From the NCBI GenBank assembly GCA_038897215.1, contig JAWAWX010000001.1, forward strand, positions 768,001 through 832,000: a stretch of 64,000 nt of DNA, given 5' to 3'. The position numbers and the translations under genes were made by a program. Of this stretch, positions 50,052-60,900 are shown in pieces. The notes below the pieces were generated by a model. It was not told the DNA's origin and did no database searches. It saw nothing but the letters and a program-made list of their open reading frames with translations. Source of the stretch: Acidilobaceae archaeon (lineage in GTDB: Archaea > Thermoproteota > Thermoprotei_A > Sulfolobales > Acidilobaceae). Within the stretch, counting starts at the first letter, position 1. Each line of letters starts with the position of its first letter.

Positions 50052-50916
50052 CAGTAGCTGCTCTCTAGTCTCCTACCTTTCAGCAGGGCTCTTCCTCGAG
50101 CCTCTCCTCCACCCCAAGCCTGGAGCAGTGACGCTCTTCGAGAGACACTCCGATAAAAGCATCTGGGATTTCGCTATTCACGCGTCGATAGCTCAAGAAG
50201 CTCTCCTAGAGTCATGCCGCTCCAGCGCTACCCACGAGAACCCCGTAGCGGCCGGGCTGAGGGCATACAAGCGGGCTCTTCTAGCTCTCAAGATTTCCAA
50301 AAACGTGGCTCTCGGCTCTCTCCTCCTCCTAGCTCCTCTAGCTGCGGCTCTATACTATCTCGATGACGGAGAGACTCTAGAGAGCCTCTGCTCTAAGGCT
50401 CGAAGCCTGGTCTTCGAGAGAGATAGCGCTGACGCTGCTAGAGAGTACTACGCTGTCCTAGAGCTTCTGAGGCCCTCGCATCTAGGAGTATACGAGGGGC
50501 CTCTTCCTGGAGTAGGGTCTGGGAGGTATCCCGAGAGCTTCGTCGAAGTGCTTAGAGTAGCTAGATGGGATATCGTGCACAGAGAGATTCTAGAAGGCTA
50601 CCCTCTAGTCTCGAGGACGGCTCGCGCGCTCGCTGAGAGGAAGTTCGAGCAAGAGACTCTGCTAGAGACTCTACTAGACCTCCTTGTTAGCGAAGGAGAC
50701 ACGTTGATAGCTACTAAGTATGGGTGGAGGGCCTACAAGGTAGCTCTAGAAGAGGCGAGGGTAGCTCACTGGCTCTCTAAGAGGCTCGGTGTGTTCAGAG
50801 CTCTCGAGTGGCTTGACTCTCTATGGAGGCCTAGAGGCTGGAATCCCGGAGCTGTTCTAGACGTGCTCGCTACAGCCATAGGCTTAGCTCTGTTATCACT
50901 CACTCGCAGGCTCTAG
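50041..50916 (+). CDS. CitG-like (triphosphoribosyl-dephospho-CoA synthase family) protein
   Basis: PKPG.V, N..LG..LL, DTLI..K.G and NPGA..D motifs. Confidence 0.8.
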   Translation: MRGSSSCSLVSYLSAGLFLEPLLHPKPGAVTLFERHSDKSIWDFAIHASIAQEALLESCRSSATHENPVAAGLRAYKRALLALKISKNVALGSLLLLAPLAAALYYLDDGETLESLCSKARSLVFERDSADAAREYYAVLELLRPSHLGVYEGPLPGVGSGRYPESFVEVLRVARWDIVHREILEGYPLVSRTARALAERKFEQETLLETLLDLLVSEGDTLIATKYGWRAYKVALEEARVAHWLSKRLGVFRALEWLDSLWRPRGWNPGAVLDVLATAIGLALLSLTRRL

Positions 50917-52096
50917 AAGAGATGGGTGTGTACTCTAAGCCTAGAGGTCCAACGTAGTCTTCGAGTGGACGTATCAGCTTATTGTTGCTCAGTTGTTCAG
51001 CATAGTGAGCCACCCAGCCGACGACTCTACCAGCCATGAAGAGAGAGACGTAGAGCTCTGGCGGAATCCCTATGAGCATGTAGAGGAGAGCCGTGTAGAG
51101 GTCAACGTTAGCGACCAAGTTTTTATACTCTTTCACGAGTTTCTCGACTCTATGTATGGCGTCGAGCCACTCAGCTCCTCCCTTGAAACGAGCTACTAGC
51201 TCTTTGAGAACCACGACTCTGGGGTCTAGCTCTTTGTAGACTCTGTGCCCGAACCCCGGGACCTTCTCTCCTCTTGCGAGCTTTTCTCTCACGTAGCTCT
51301 CGAAGACATCGCCTAGGCTTGAAGTACTCTCCATAGCTCTCCTCTCTACCTCTATGAGCATCCAGTAAGCGTCCTCGTTCGCTGCTCCGTGGAGTGGCCC
51401 CTTGAGAGCCCCTATGGCCGCGGCTACAGCGCTATAGATATCGCTCATGGTGCTCGCGACAACCCTCAGAGCGAAAGTCGAGGCGTTGAAGCCATGGTCC
51501 ATGTATAGGATGAGGGAGGCCTCCAGAGCTCTCGCCTCCAGCTCTGATGGCTCGCGCAGGAGGATCATTCGGAGGAGGTCGGATGCGTGAGCGCGTGCAG
51601 ACTCAGGCTTAACCCTAACCCCTTTGTAGGCGAAGTTGAAGCCGTATATGGAGAAGACGGGGAGTTGAGCCACGAGCCTGACCTGATGCTCTTCAACCTT
51701 ACCCCAATCCATCCTCCAGGAGGGGTACAGAGAGCGAGCGAGGAGGACAGCTCCTACTACAGCGTAGTACGATGGGTGGGACTTCGGCAGAGACTCTATC
51801 ACGTCGAGAACCCAGTCCTCGACTCCCGCTCTCTCTCTATCAATCTCTCTCCTGAAGCCTTCATACTCTCTGTAGCAGGGGAGCCTGCCTTTCAGAAGGA
51901 GGAAGGCTGACTCGTAGAAATCAGAGAGTCTAGCTAAATCAACGACCCTGTAGCCTCTATACGTAGTCAAGACGCCGCGAGGGTCTACGCTACTAATCCT
52001 GGTAGAGTCGACGACTACTCTCTGAAGCCCCCTATTAACGACTGCTACACGACCGTGGATGTAATGGTCTACTATTCTGCAAAGCTCTCTATCCAA
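50900..52096 (-). CDS. Citrate/2-methylcitrate synthase
   Basis: YRGY, DHGFNAST, LKGPLHG, GFGHRVYK..DPR and NVD motifs. Confidence 0.92.
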   Translation of the reverse strand: MDRELCRIVDHYIHGRVAVVNRGLQRVVVDSTRISSVDPRGVLTTYRGYRVVDLARLSDFYESAFLLLKGRLPCYREYEGFRREIDRERAGVEDWVLDVIESLPKSHPSYYAVVGAVLLARSLYPSWRMDWGKVEEHQVRLVAQLPVFSIYGFNFAYKGVRVKPESARAHASDLLRMILLREPSELEARALEASLILYMDHGFNASTFALRVVASTMSDIYSAVAAAIGALKGPLHGAANEDAYWMLIEVERRAMESTSSLGDVFESYVREKLARGEKVPGFGHRVYKELDPRVVVLKELVARFKGGAEWLDAIHRVEKLVKEYKNLVANVDLYTALLYMLIGIPPELYVSLFMAGRVVGWVAHYAEQLSNNKLIRPLEDYVGPLGLEYTPISSRACE

Positions 52097-52381
52097 ACCG
52101 CACTCACCCGCAACAGATAGAACAGCACAGATACACGGAGCACTAAGCTGAGCTTAAAAACGCTACGGGCTAGGAAGACATGATGACTCCTCATAGGTCT
52201 AGCAAGAGCTTCTGAAAGCTTCCAGGATATAGCGCTAGAGGAACAACATAGAGTCTCGAGACCTCCACTCACTAGAGTAACGGGGAGATGCTGTGTAGCT
52301 AGCGAGAGATATGGCGAAGCCTGATATGGAGGTGATTAAAACTCTGTCTTTGAGAGAATGCTTTGGCGAGGATAGAGGAGG

Positions 52382-53056
52382 TTGGGTAAGAGGATCGCTG
52401 TTGTCGCTGTCACTCCGGTATTCGACGATAGAGACTTCTTTAGAGTCAGAACTATAGACGATGCTGACTTCCTAGAGCTCAGAGTAGCCTATGCTGAAGA
52501 CCCGGCTACTCTGAACTTCAAGTGGCTACTTCCGCTCAAGGATAGAGCGATAGTCTCTCTTAGGGGCATCAGGGAGTCTGAGAGCGTCAAAGACCCCTTG
52601 AAAGATGCCGAGAGAATAGTGAGTGCTGTGAGGAAGCTGAGACTCATGCTCGAAGTCGACGTAGAGCTGTTAGAGGAGCTGGGCGGTGAGAGTCTCGTAG
52701 ACAGCTTGACGGTAGTATCTCTGAGTCTAGACAAGAGGAGCGTTAGTGAGAACGAGATGAGGGATATTGTGGGCAGATATGCTGGGAAAGCTTATGCTCT
52801 CAAGGTGAGAGTCGATGCAACCGATAGAGCTTTCCCCATTAACGCTGCTAGAGCTCTCTCTCTAGCCGACAACGTGGTAGTAGACGCGGCTAGAAGCGGG
52901 GTCAGAGAGACGGCTCTCCTAGCTCTCCTAGGCTCGAGGATGCTCTACGGCTACGCGGGATACAAGCTGGAGTACTCTCTAAGCTATAAGACTGTGAAGC
53001 TGATAGTGTCTAGGCTCGAAGAGTTCTTGAAGAGTCTATCTAGCGGCGCGCAGTAG
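52382..53056 (+). CDS. Type I dehydroquinate dehydratase-like (AroD fold), divergent
   Basis: ADFLELRV, SLR...E, DVE, LKV and LGS..LYG motifs; no catalytic His evident. Confidence 0.55.
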   Translation: MGKRIAVVAVTPVFDDRDFFRVRTIDDADFLELRVAYAEDPATLNFKWLLPLKDRAIVSLRGIRESESVKDPLKDAERIVSAVRKLRLMLEVDVELLEELGGESLVDSLTVVSLSLDKRSVSENEMRDIVGRYAGKAYALKVRVDATDRAFPINAARALSLADNVVVDAARSGVRETALLALLGSRMLYGYAGYKLEYSLSYKTVKLIVSRLEEFLKSLSSGAQ

Positions 53057-53064
53057 CTCTCGAT

Positions 53065-53511
53065 TTACTCGAAGAACGCGGAGCCAGAGAGCTCTCCCTG
53101 ACTCTCCAGGCATTTCTCAACCTCTTCTAGTATTGCTCTCCACGCCTCGCCAGCGGTTTTCGCCAACGTCAGGTCTATCTTGGCTCCTAGCTGAAGGTCC
53201 TTGAAGCCCTCTACTAGAACTACGTCTACTTTATCATCCAGGAATTCCAGCACGCTCTCTAGACTCCACTCTCTAGCGAATACAGCTGTCTTCTCTCCGG
53301 AGCCCATAAGCACTACGGAGTAGTCTGCTTGCCCCTCGTTTAGAAACCTCCAGGAGTCTTTGTGAGCCACGTCGATATCGTGGTGTGTATGCTTCAACAC
53401 CCCCACTCTAACCCCTCTCTTCTTGAGCTCTCTGAGAGCAACGATTATGCTCGTAGTCTTGCCGGAAGCACTGGGGCCCACGACCTGGACTATGCAGAGC
53501 TTTTTTCTCAC
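53065..53511 (-). CDS. mobB: Molybdopterin-guanine dinucleotide biosynthesis protein B
   Basis: G.S.SGKTT, KH.HH..D...KDSWRF and VEGFK motifs. Confidence 0.88.
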   Translation of the reverse strand: MRKKLCIVQVVGPSASGKTTSIIVALRELKKRGVRVGVLKHTHHDIDVAHKDSWRFLNEGQADYSVVLMGSGEKTAVFAREWSLESVLEFLDDKVDVVLVEGFKDLQLGAKIDLTLAKTAGEAWRAILEEVEKCLESQGELSGSAFFE

Positions 53512-53768
53512 AAGCCTCCGCCTCCGGGAGGGAATATGTCTAGAACATCCTCGTCTCTAACCGGAGTATCCAAGCCTTGGAGAAGTCTTGCGTTAACGCC
53601 GTTCACTAAGACTATGAGTTCTCCTGACTCGAAGAGAGAGACTAGAGGCTTGAGCTCATCCACAGACTCGAGTACATCTCTAAGCCTAGCCTCCCTCCCT
53701 AGAGCCAGAGTCTTAGAGGACCACCCCAGCTTCTCTCTGAGCAGAGCGTAAACTCTCAGCAGAGCCAT
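53508..53768 (-). CDS. moaD: MoaD/SAMP ubiquitin-like sulfur carrier (ends GGGGL)
   Basis: YA.LRE..G, LVNG and D.D....FPP.GG motifs. Confidence 0.88.
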   Translation of the reverse strand: MALLRVYALLREKLGWSSKTLALGREARLRDVLESVDELKPLVSLFESGELIVLVNGVNARLLQGLDTPVRDEDVLDIFPPGGGGL

Positions 53769-53820
53769 AGAGTCGACCCCTTCCGCTATAAGCGAGTACC
53801 TGAGTAAGGTTATAACTAAG

Positions 53821-54930
53821 CTATGAGGGGCAGAAGGAGAGCCCGTGGAGGTATGGGCAGCTAGCGCACGAGGGGCTGTTTCCCCAGCAGTCGAATGTAT
53901 TCGAGAGTGTCGCAGCGCAGTAGTCTTTGAGCTCGCAGTCTAAGCAGGATGGTAGCTGGAGTAGCTGGAGCATTAGTAGCTGCCTGCTATTAGCTCTCCA
54001 GATCTCGCTTACGTCTCTCTCAGTCACATCGCCCAAGAGGACCTCACTTATCTCTCTCCTAACCCCGCCGACTATCGTCACCCAAGACCTAGAGTAGTAT
54101 ATGCACGGAGACACCTTGCCATCGCTTCTCACGAAGAGCATCCTGTTGTAGGCGAAGGGGCAGAGCCTAGTTGTTCTAGATGAGAGGTTAGGCTTCCAGA
54201 CCTTCACTCCAGACTCTAGGACTTTGAGAGACGCTAGCTCGAGTTGCTTCTTCAGCTCCTCTAGGCATAGAGGGTCCTCTAGACAGTCGAGAGCTCTAGT
54301 GTTGTCATCGTAGGGTATAATCATGTTGTAGTCGATCTCAGCTATCCCGACTTCTTTGGCGAACTCGACGGCTCTCGAGACGTGTTTCACGTTTGCCTTG
54401 CTGACCGTGAATATAGCCTTGACGTATGGCTTGATGCTATCTCTAGCTCTCTTCTCTCTATCTAGAGCTCTAAGCCCCCTAACCACAGCCGGCAAGCTCC
54501 CCCTTCTCCTTATCTTCGAGTAGAGTTCTATCTCGAAGGCGTCGATACTAACGTACAGCTCTTCGAGCCCCAGCTCTACCAGCCTTCCCGCTAGCTTCTC
54601 CAAATAGAATCCGTTAGTGTTTAGCACCACGTAGAATCCGTACTGCTTAGCTAAGGCTAGAAGCTCGTCAATCCTAGGGTGCGTGGTGGGCTCACCCCAT
54701 CCAGAGAAGACTATTCTCCTCACACCAGACCTCACCGCGTTATCGAGTAGCTTCTTGTAGAGGTCTAGAGGCATGTGATACTCCTTGAAGCTCTTACTAG
54801 AGAATCTAAAGCAGTGGATGCATGAGTAATTACAGCTACTCGTGACCTCAACCATGAGCGACCTTGGAGCCGACCCCTCGGCTAGACGTAGCTCCCAATC
54901 CATAAGCCTATAGGCAGTCACGACCCTCAA
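53821..54930 (-). CDS. Radical SAM/SPASM tungsten-cofactor oxidoreductase maturase
   Basis: CNYSCIHC, GWGEP and C-terminal DCWGNSPSCASC..CP; divergent from AOR. Confidence 0.85.
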   Translation of the reverse strand: MRVVTAYRLMDWELRLAEGSAPRSLMVEVTSSCNYSCIHCFRFSSKSFKEYHMPLDLYKKLLDNAVRSGVRRIVFSGWGEPTTHPRIDELLALAKQYGFYVVLNTNGFYLEKLAGRLVELGLEELYVSIDAFEIELYSKIRRRGSLPAVVRGLRALDREKRARDSIKPYVKAIFTVSKANVKHVSRAVEFAKEVGIAEIDYNMIIPYDDNTRALDCLEDPLCLEELKKQLELASLKVLESGVKVWKPNLSSRTTRLCPFAYNRMLFVRSDGKVSPCIYYSRSWVTIVGGVRREISEVLLGDVTERDVSEIWRANSRQLLMLQLLQLPSCLDCELKDYCAATLSNTFDCWGNSPSCASCPYLHGLSFCPS

Positions 54931-55024
54931 ACCCGGCTTCTTCTAGGATACAAAAGCTTAGATAGATTTCTTTATAAACTCTAGCCTGCACTACCTCTAC
55001 TCGACTAGGCCAGAGGTGTCCTAG

Positions 55025-56917
55025 TTGCCTCTCGGCGGCTACGTTGGGGGAGTCCTAAGAGTCAACCTTACAGAAGGCAAGGTCTACAAAGAACCCCTCC
55101 CCGAAGAGGATATCCTCAAGAAGTGGATAGGGGGCAGAGGGCTAGGAGTCTACTACATGTTGAAAGAAGTAGACCCCAAGGTAGACCCCCTCAGTCCCGG
55201 CAATAAAGCCATAGTCGCTACAGGGCCCCTCACAGGCTTAGCGGGTCTCGTCGCTCCCGGTAGATGGGTTTCTATAACGAAGTCTCCCCTAACGGGGACT
55301 ATTCACGATTCTCACAGCGGAGGCAAGTTCGGCCCTGAGTTGAAGTTCGCGGGTTTCGATGTGATAATAATTGAAGGAGCTTCCGAGAAGCCTGTGTACT
55401 TGTGGATTCACGACGGGAAAGCTGAGCTAAGAGATGCTGGGCACCTGTGGGGTAAGGATACTCACGCTACGACAGACGAAATCCAGGAGGAGCTAGCTCC
55501 CGAAGTCGGCTCTGATGAAGCTAAGAAGATAAAGGTGGCTACGATCGGCCCTGCGGGAGAGAGGTTATCGAGGATAGCTTGTATAATCAATGACAAGTCT
55601 AGAGCAGCGGGAAGAGGAGGCCATGGAGCAGTCTGGGGCTCTAAGAAGCTAAAGGCGATAGCTGTCAGGGGGCACAGGAAGATACCCGTGGCTAGAGAGG
55701 ACGCGTTCAGAGAGATAGTGCTCAAAGGTATGGAACTCGCTAAGAAATCCCCTGTGACATCTCAGGCTCTCCCCAAGTATGGCACCGCCGTCCTAGTCAA
55801 TATAATCAACGCTCACGGAATATTCCCCACGCGGAACTTCCAGACGGGAGTATTCCCCGAGGCTGACAAGATAAGCGGTGAGACTATAGCCTCTCAAATC
55901 ATGGACTGGGAGAAGTACAGAGAGGAGGTCTGCTGGGGCTGTGCTATAGGTTGCGCTAGGTACACGAGAGTCTCGGGCAAGTTCTCTGGCGAGGGCGGAG
56001 GCCCCGAGTATGAGACGGTATGGGCTTTGGGAGCTGACACGGGGGTATCAGACCTAGATGCTGTCTCGAAGGCGAACTTCCTCTGCAACGAGCTAGGGCT
56101 AGACACTATATCCATGGGAGCCACTATAGCTACACTCATGGAGCTCGTAGAGAAAGGAAAAGTCCCCCAGGAGAAGCTTAGAGGGCTTAACGTGAAGTGG
56201 GGCAACGGAGAGGCTCTCGTCGAGCTAGTGTGGAGAACAGCCTACAGGTCCGGCATAGGAGACGACCTAGCTGAGGGAGCTCTCAGACTAGCTAAGAAAT
56301 ACGGCGCGCCAGAGCTAGCTATGGTGGTAAGAGGGCAGGAGCTCCCCGCGTACGACCCGAGAGGAGCTAAAGGCCACGGGCTAGCCTACGCTACCAGCAA
56401 TAGAGGAGGCTGCCACCTCAGAGCTTACATCATAGCCCCCGAGGTTCTCGGTATACCGCAGCTAGTCGATAGATTCTCTACAGAGGGCAAGGGCAAGTTA
56501 GTCAAGCACTTCCAAGACGTCTTCGCTGCTCTAGATAGCTTAGTTGTCTGCAAGTTCGTCACGTTCGCTTACTGGAGTGATGTGCTTCTGCAGCAGCTAA
56601 ACGCTGTGACAGGCTGGGATATGACTCTAGAAGACTTCGAGACTATAGGTGAGAGAATATACAATGCTGAGAGAGTCTTCAACATCCTAGCCTTCGGAGA
56701 CGGAGAGGAGTACGATACGCTACCAGCAAGACTCCTCAAAGAGCCTATGCCCGAGGGCCCCACGAAGGGCCACGTTGTAGAGCTAGAGCCTATGCTCAAA
56801 GACTACTATGCAGTAAGAGGCTGGGTCAAGGGGAGACCTACCTACGAGACTCTCAAGAAGCTAGGACTAGAGGACTTGGCGAAAAAGCTTCAAGACGAAG
56901 GGCTCCTCCCAGGATAG
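55025..56917 (+). CDS. aor: Tungsten-containing aldehyde:ferredoxin oxidoreductase
   Basis: KSPLTG, AGRGG.GAV.GSK, C..C..GC, EYET, GLDTIS and RGGCH motifs. Confidence 0.93.
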   Translation: MPLGGYVGGVLRVNLTEGKVYKEPLPEEDILKKWIGGRGLGVYYMLKEVDPKVDPLSPGNKAIVATGPLTGLAGLVAPGRWVSITKSPLTGTIHDSHSGGKFGPELKFAGFDVIIIEGASEKPVYLWIHDGKAELRDAGHLWGKDTHATTDEIQEELAPEVGSDEAKKIKVATIGPAGERLSRIACIINDKSRAAGRGGHGAVWGSKKLKAIAVRGHRKIPVAREDAFREIVLKGMELAKKSPVTSQALPKYGTAVLVNIINAHGIFPTRNFQTGVFPEADKISGETIASQIMDWEKYREEVCWGCAIGCARYTRVSGKFSGEGGGPEYETVWALGADTGVSDLDAVSKANFLCNELGLDTISMGATIATLMELVEKGKVPQEKLRGLNVKWGNGEALVELVWRTAYRSGIGDDLAEGALRLAKKYGAPELAMVVRGQELPAYDPRGAKGHGLAYATSNRGGCHLRAYIIAPEVLGIPQLVDRFSTEGKGKLVKHFQDVFAALDSLVVCKFVTFAYWSDVLLQQLNAVTGWDMTLEDFETIGERIYNAERVFNILAFGDGEEYDTLPARLLKEPMPEGPTKGHVVELEPMLKDYYAVRGWVKGRPTYETLKKLGLEDLAKKLQDEGLLPG

Positions 56918-56992
56918 CTAGCAGCGCTCCCTCCCGTCTCTACCCCTTTCTTCTCTCCGGTTCTCCTCGATATCCTTTTTCTCTCCGTCTCT

Positions 56993-57958
56993 TCAGTAAC
57001 CCTCCTCTAGGCTTGCTTTACCGCTCTGAGATACCAGACTCTCTGCGAGCTTATCGACGCACCTACACACTTCTTTAGATAAGACTATGTCGTGGAGCCC
57101 CAGTAGCCTAGGTCTACTAGCTACGGTGTCTATCTCTATGACTAAGGGTACTCCAAGCTCGCTCAGACCCTTTACCTTAGTCTCAAGCACTCCCGTCTCT
57201 GGCTCCACGGGGATTGTGGGAGAGGCTAGTAGCAGTCCCCCGTTTTCTACCTCGATAGCTCCTCCTGCAACAACGAGCGGGAGCCCCGTCTCTACGCTTC
57301 TGGCTACAGCCAAGCTGTAGATTATCTCCTTCCTGTATCCCAGCACGCCACTGCTATCTCTTTCTATCGGCAGGCTTGAGGCTGGATGAGGCATCATCAG
57401 ACCTATTATCATGTTCGCTGACGAGAGTCGAGCTAGTTTAAAGATATCGGGGACGAGTATATCCTCGTCTATGAAGAGTGCTATAGTGAGGTCATAGCGG
57501 TCGAGTCTAACGACTTCTATCGTTCTGCCCGCGCTTATCCCTATACCTTCCTCAGCGTTGTTCAATACGATCTTTCTATGCTTTCCCATCACTATACCTC
57601 TAGGCGATGTGACGACAACAGACATGTATACTCGGGGGCCTGCTCTCTCGATTATAGGCCCTCCGACAATGTAGACGTTGTACTCGAAGCTCCACTTAGC
57701 TAGAAGAGTGGTAGCGCTTCCCTGCTTCGCTTTAGAGGGGCCTACGGTTATTCTCTCAGCGTTACTCCACGCCACCTTCCTAGCTTTAGCCTCGCCGTAG
57801 ACCGAGAGAGGACCGTAGAACAGATAAGGGGGGAGTATCACTAGATTTACGTCGTACTCGTCGACAAGCCTCCTTATATGTTCGCCGAGCTTCTTAGCAT
57901 TAGACCGCTTAGCATCAAATTTGAGCTTCTCGTGCACAACCCCTACTCTAACCCGCAC
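56993..57958 (-). CDS. Carbon-nitrogen hydrolase fold protein, probably catalytically inactive
   Basis: Nitrilase-like layout (YIVGG.IIE, KHRK, G.SAG, ARSVE), with LPPY and IDED at the catalytic Glu and Cys positions. Confidence 0.65.
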   Translation of the reverse strand: MRVRVGVVHEKLKFDAKRSNAKKLGEHIRRLVDEYDVNLVILPPYLFYGPLSVYGEAKARKVAWSNAERITVGPSKAKQGSATTLLAKWSFEYNVYIVGGPIIERAGPRVYMSVVVTSPRGIVMGKHRKIVLNNAEEGIGISAGRTIEVVRLDRYDLTIALFIDEDILVPDIFKLARLSSANMIIGLMMPHPASSLPIERDSSGVLGYRKEIIYSLAVARSVETGLPLVVAGGAIEVENGGLLLASPTIPVEPETGVLETKVKGLSELGVPLVIEIDTVASRPRLLGLHDIVLSKEVCRCVDKLAESLVSQSGKASLEEGY

Positions 57959-60900
57959 TCTCAGACCCCCCTCTTGTTGCTCCCTTTAGAGCTATGCACT
58001 CTGCTAGCTCTCCGCTCACCCCAGTCTCCTCAGCAGCCTCTCTAGAGGCAGATTTAATAACGTGGACGAGTCCCTCGACTTCCTTGTAGATATCATCTAA
58101 TACCTGGACCCACGTCTTGGCTCCTCCTTCTATCTCATCCATAGCCTCTTCTAGCTGCCTGGTTCTCTCCTCTGAGATCAGACTCGGGACTATCGCGAGA
58201 TGTTTGGCTATAGCGCTCAGCCTGTCTGCGGCTAGCTCTGGGAGGTTTACTAAGTACTCGTAGACCATCTTCCCTCTCTTGGTTGCAACTATGTAGCCTC
58301 CTCTTGGCTTCTTTAGAGGAGCGATATAGCCTCTCTTGAGGAGCCTCTCGACTATCTTAGCGTAAGTGCTGGGTCTCCCTATCCCTCTCTTCTTCATCTC
58401 CTCTACGAGCTCTCCCTGAGTGTAGGGCATAGTCGAGGAGACCTTCTTTTCGAGCACGCGATACACTATGGACGCGAAGGCCTGCCTCCCTGCTAGCAGG
58501 CTCTCCTCCATCTCTCTAGGCAGTAGGGGGTTCTGGACGTTTACAGCTTCTCTGAGCACGTTGAGGAAGCCTAGCTTAACCCTATCGGAGGGTAGCTCTG
58601 TGATTCGAGAGACCTCTAGGATCTCGCCGCTTACATCGATTAAGTAGACGGTCTCGCGGACCTCTGCTTCTCTCATCTGACTCGCTACGAATCTCCTGAA
58701 GATCAGGTCGTATAGCCTTAAGTGTCTCTGGGTCAGAGTCCCGGGTATCTCTATAGAGCCCTCCTCTATGAGTATTTGTAGCGCGTTAGCGTCAACAGGC
58801 CTGACTGGGCGTATTGCTTCATGAGCCCCCCTCTCACTCCATCTCCTAGGCACGTAGAGGCTCTCCGCTAGCTCGCCGTAGGCTTGCTTGATCCACTCTA
58901 GAGCGACCTCCATACCTCTCTCGCTGACACGTGTTGAGTCTGTTCTATGGTACGTTATGAGACCCCACTCGAAGAGGTTCTGAGCTAGCCTCATCGTCTC
59001 GGGAGCTCCGAAGCCTAGTCTTCTACTAGCTTCTAGTATGAGAGTGTCTGTGGTGAAGGGCGGTGGGGGCGGGATGGTCACCCACCTACTCGAGGAGATC
59101 CTGACCTTCGCCTCAGCAAGCACCTCCTCTCCTCTACGCTGCCTATTAGCGAGCTCTTTGAGGGCTCTGACTGTAGCCGGGTCTTTTAGCTCGTCTTCTC
59201 TAATGGTGATGAAGATCTCTCCAGTGTCTGACCTCTTGAGGATGAAGAGGCTCACCTTTCTCGTTGCTTCACTAGTCCTCTTCACAACCCAGCCGAGCGC
59301 GGGGGTTTGCACTCTGCCAGCGCTCAGCCCGTAGTTGTAGCGAAGCCTCTGGCATGCTTCAGCCTCTCTCTCAGACCTTCTCGGAGACGCGTCTATGCTG
59401 GCGCAGTAGTAGTTGCGCCAGAAGTCGCACCATAGGAGAGGAGATAGAGCGAAGCCTATCCATCTATCCTCGATCCTCCTCACGATCTGCGCTTCTACGA
59501 GCCTCTCCTCGAGCTCTCTAGGGTTCTCGAGAGCCTGGAGTATGGCCTGTCTCGTGACCTCGTGGAACTCCAGCCTCTTGATGTTCTTATTGAAGGGTCT
59601 CAGGAGGACCGCTAGATCCCACCCTATCTTCTCTCCCTCGGTGTCAGGGTCTGTGCCTATGAGGACCTCGTCTGCCTCCCAGGCTAGCCTGCGCAGGTCC
59701 TCTATCAGAGTCTTCGAGTCTCTGAATAGCCTGCTCCCACATCTAGGGCAGCTCTCAGAGTCTTCTGCGAACTGCTCTCTACAGACTAGGCACGTCTTTA
59801 TGCTAGAGTATACCGGCACGTAGGCTGTTCTCTCTCCGCTTTCTCCGACTATGACTCCGAAGATGTCTGCTGGGTTTTTGAGAGACCTTGCCGCTATGCT
59901 GAGCTCTCTCTCTCCGCTAGCTGGGACTAGGTCGTAGACATGCCCTCCGCTTGCAGCGATTACGAGAACTCTGTTCTGCAAGGCTATCTCGTAGGCTCTA
60001 AGCCCTCCTTGTAGTATTCTTACAGAAGGTCGCCCGAAGAAGTAGGCTATGGTTCTAGCCTTATTCGGAGACTCCACCACTAGGAGTGATGTCTTGACGA
60101 GTTCTCTCCGCTCTAGAGGCTTTTCCGGCTTGCGGAGTATCTCGGCTACTCTCCTTCTATCGAGCTCTATCTCTTCAACTATCTTGTCGAGTTCTCCAGC
60201 AAGCGATCTGAAGTCAACCCACTTGATGTCCGCTATGTAGCGAGACCGCGCTATCAGTCTACGAAGCACGTTGACGTTATCGGCTACGACTACGCTCAGA
60301 CCTTTAGTCAACCCTCCAGCGTACAGTCGGCTAGTTCTACCGCTTGCCTGGATGTACGTAGAGACGTCTGCTATCAGAATGTAGGTCCTCCCGTTCTCGA
60401 ATACCACGCCTACATCGCTTCTCTCCTTTATCTTCTCGATAACCTCGGGGTTTGCTAGAGCTCTCTTAGCGAAGTCGAGAGCCTTCAGGATAGTGCTAGC
60501 CGCTCTTCTGACTCTCTCGTCGCTCTCAGCTCCTGCTTTGATCATGTCGATCACGTAGCCTAGATAGCCTTGAGTGTATTTCCTCAGAAGGCGTCTAAGC
60601 TCTCCTAGAATCCTCCTAGCCTCATCAGAGACCTCTGGTACGCCGAGCTCGGCTATGAGCTCCGCTACTCTAGCAAGAGCGAGAGGGTTAGGTTCTATCT
60701 CTCCTACTGCTAGAGGGAACTTGTATCGAGGGACACCGACGAAGACAGAATATTTGACTATTTCAGGCAAATCTATTCCTCTAACTAGGGGGCCGTAGTA
60801 GTGCGCTACCCCCACGAGAACATCGACTTCTCCTTTCTGGAACTTCTCAAAGACAGCGAAGGGGGTTCGCGAGTGGTATGCTTGAGCGTTGACCCCAGCT

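Noticed and set aside
52180-52215. ATGATGA...CTGA as a C/D sRNA
   Set aside because: Spacing is too short and there is no convincing D'/C' pair.
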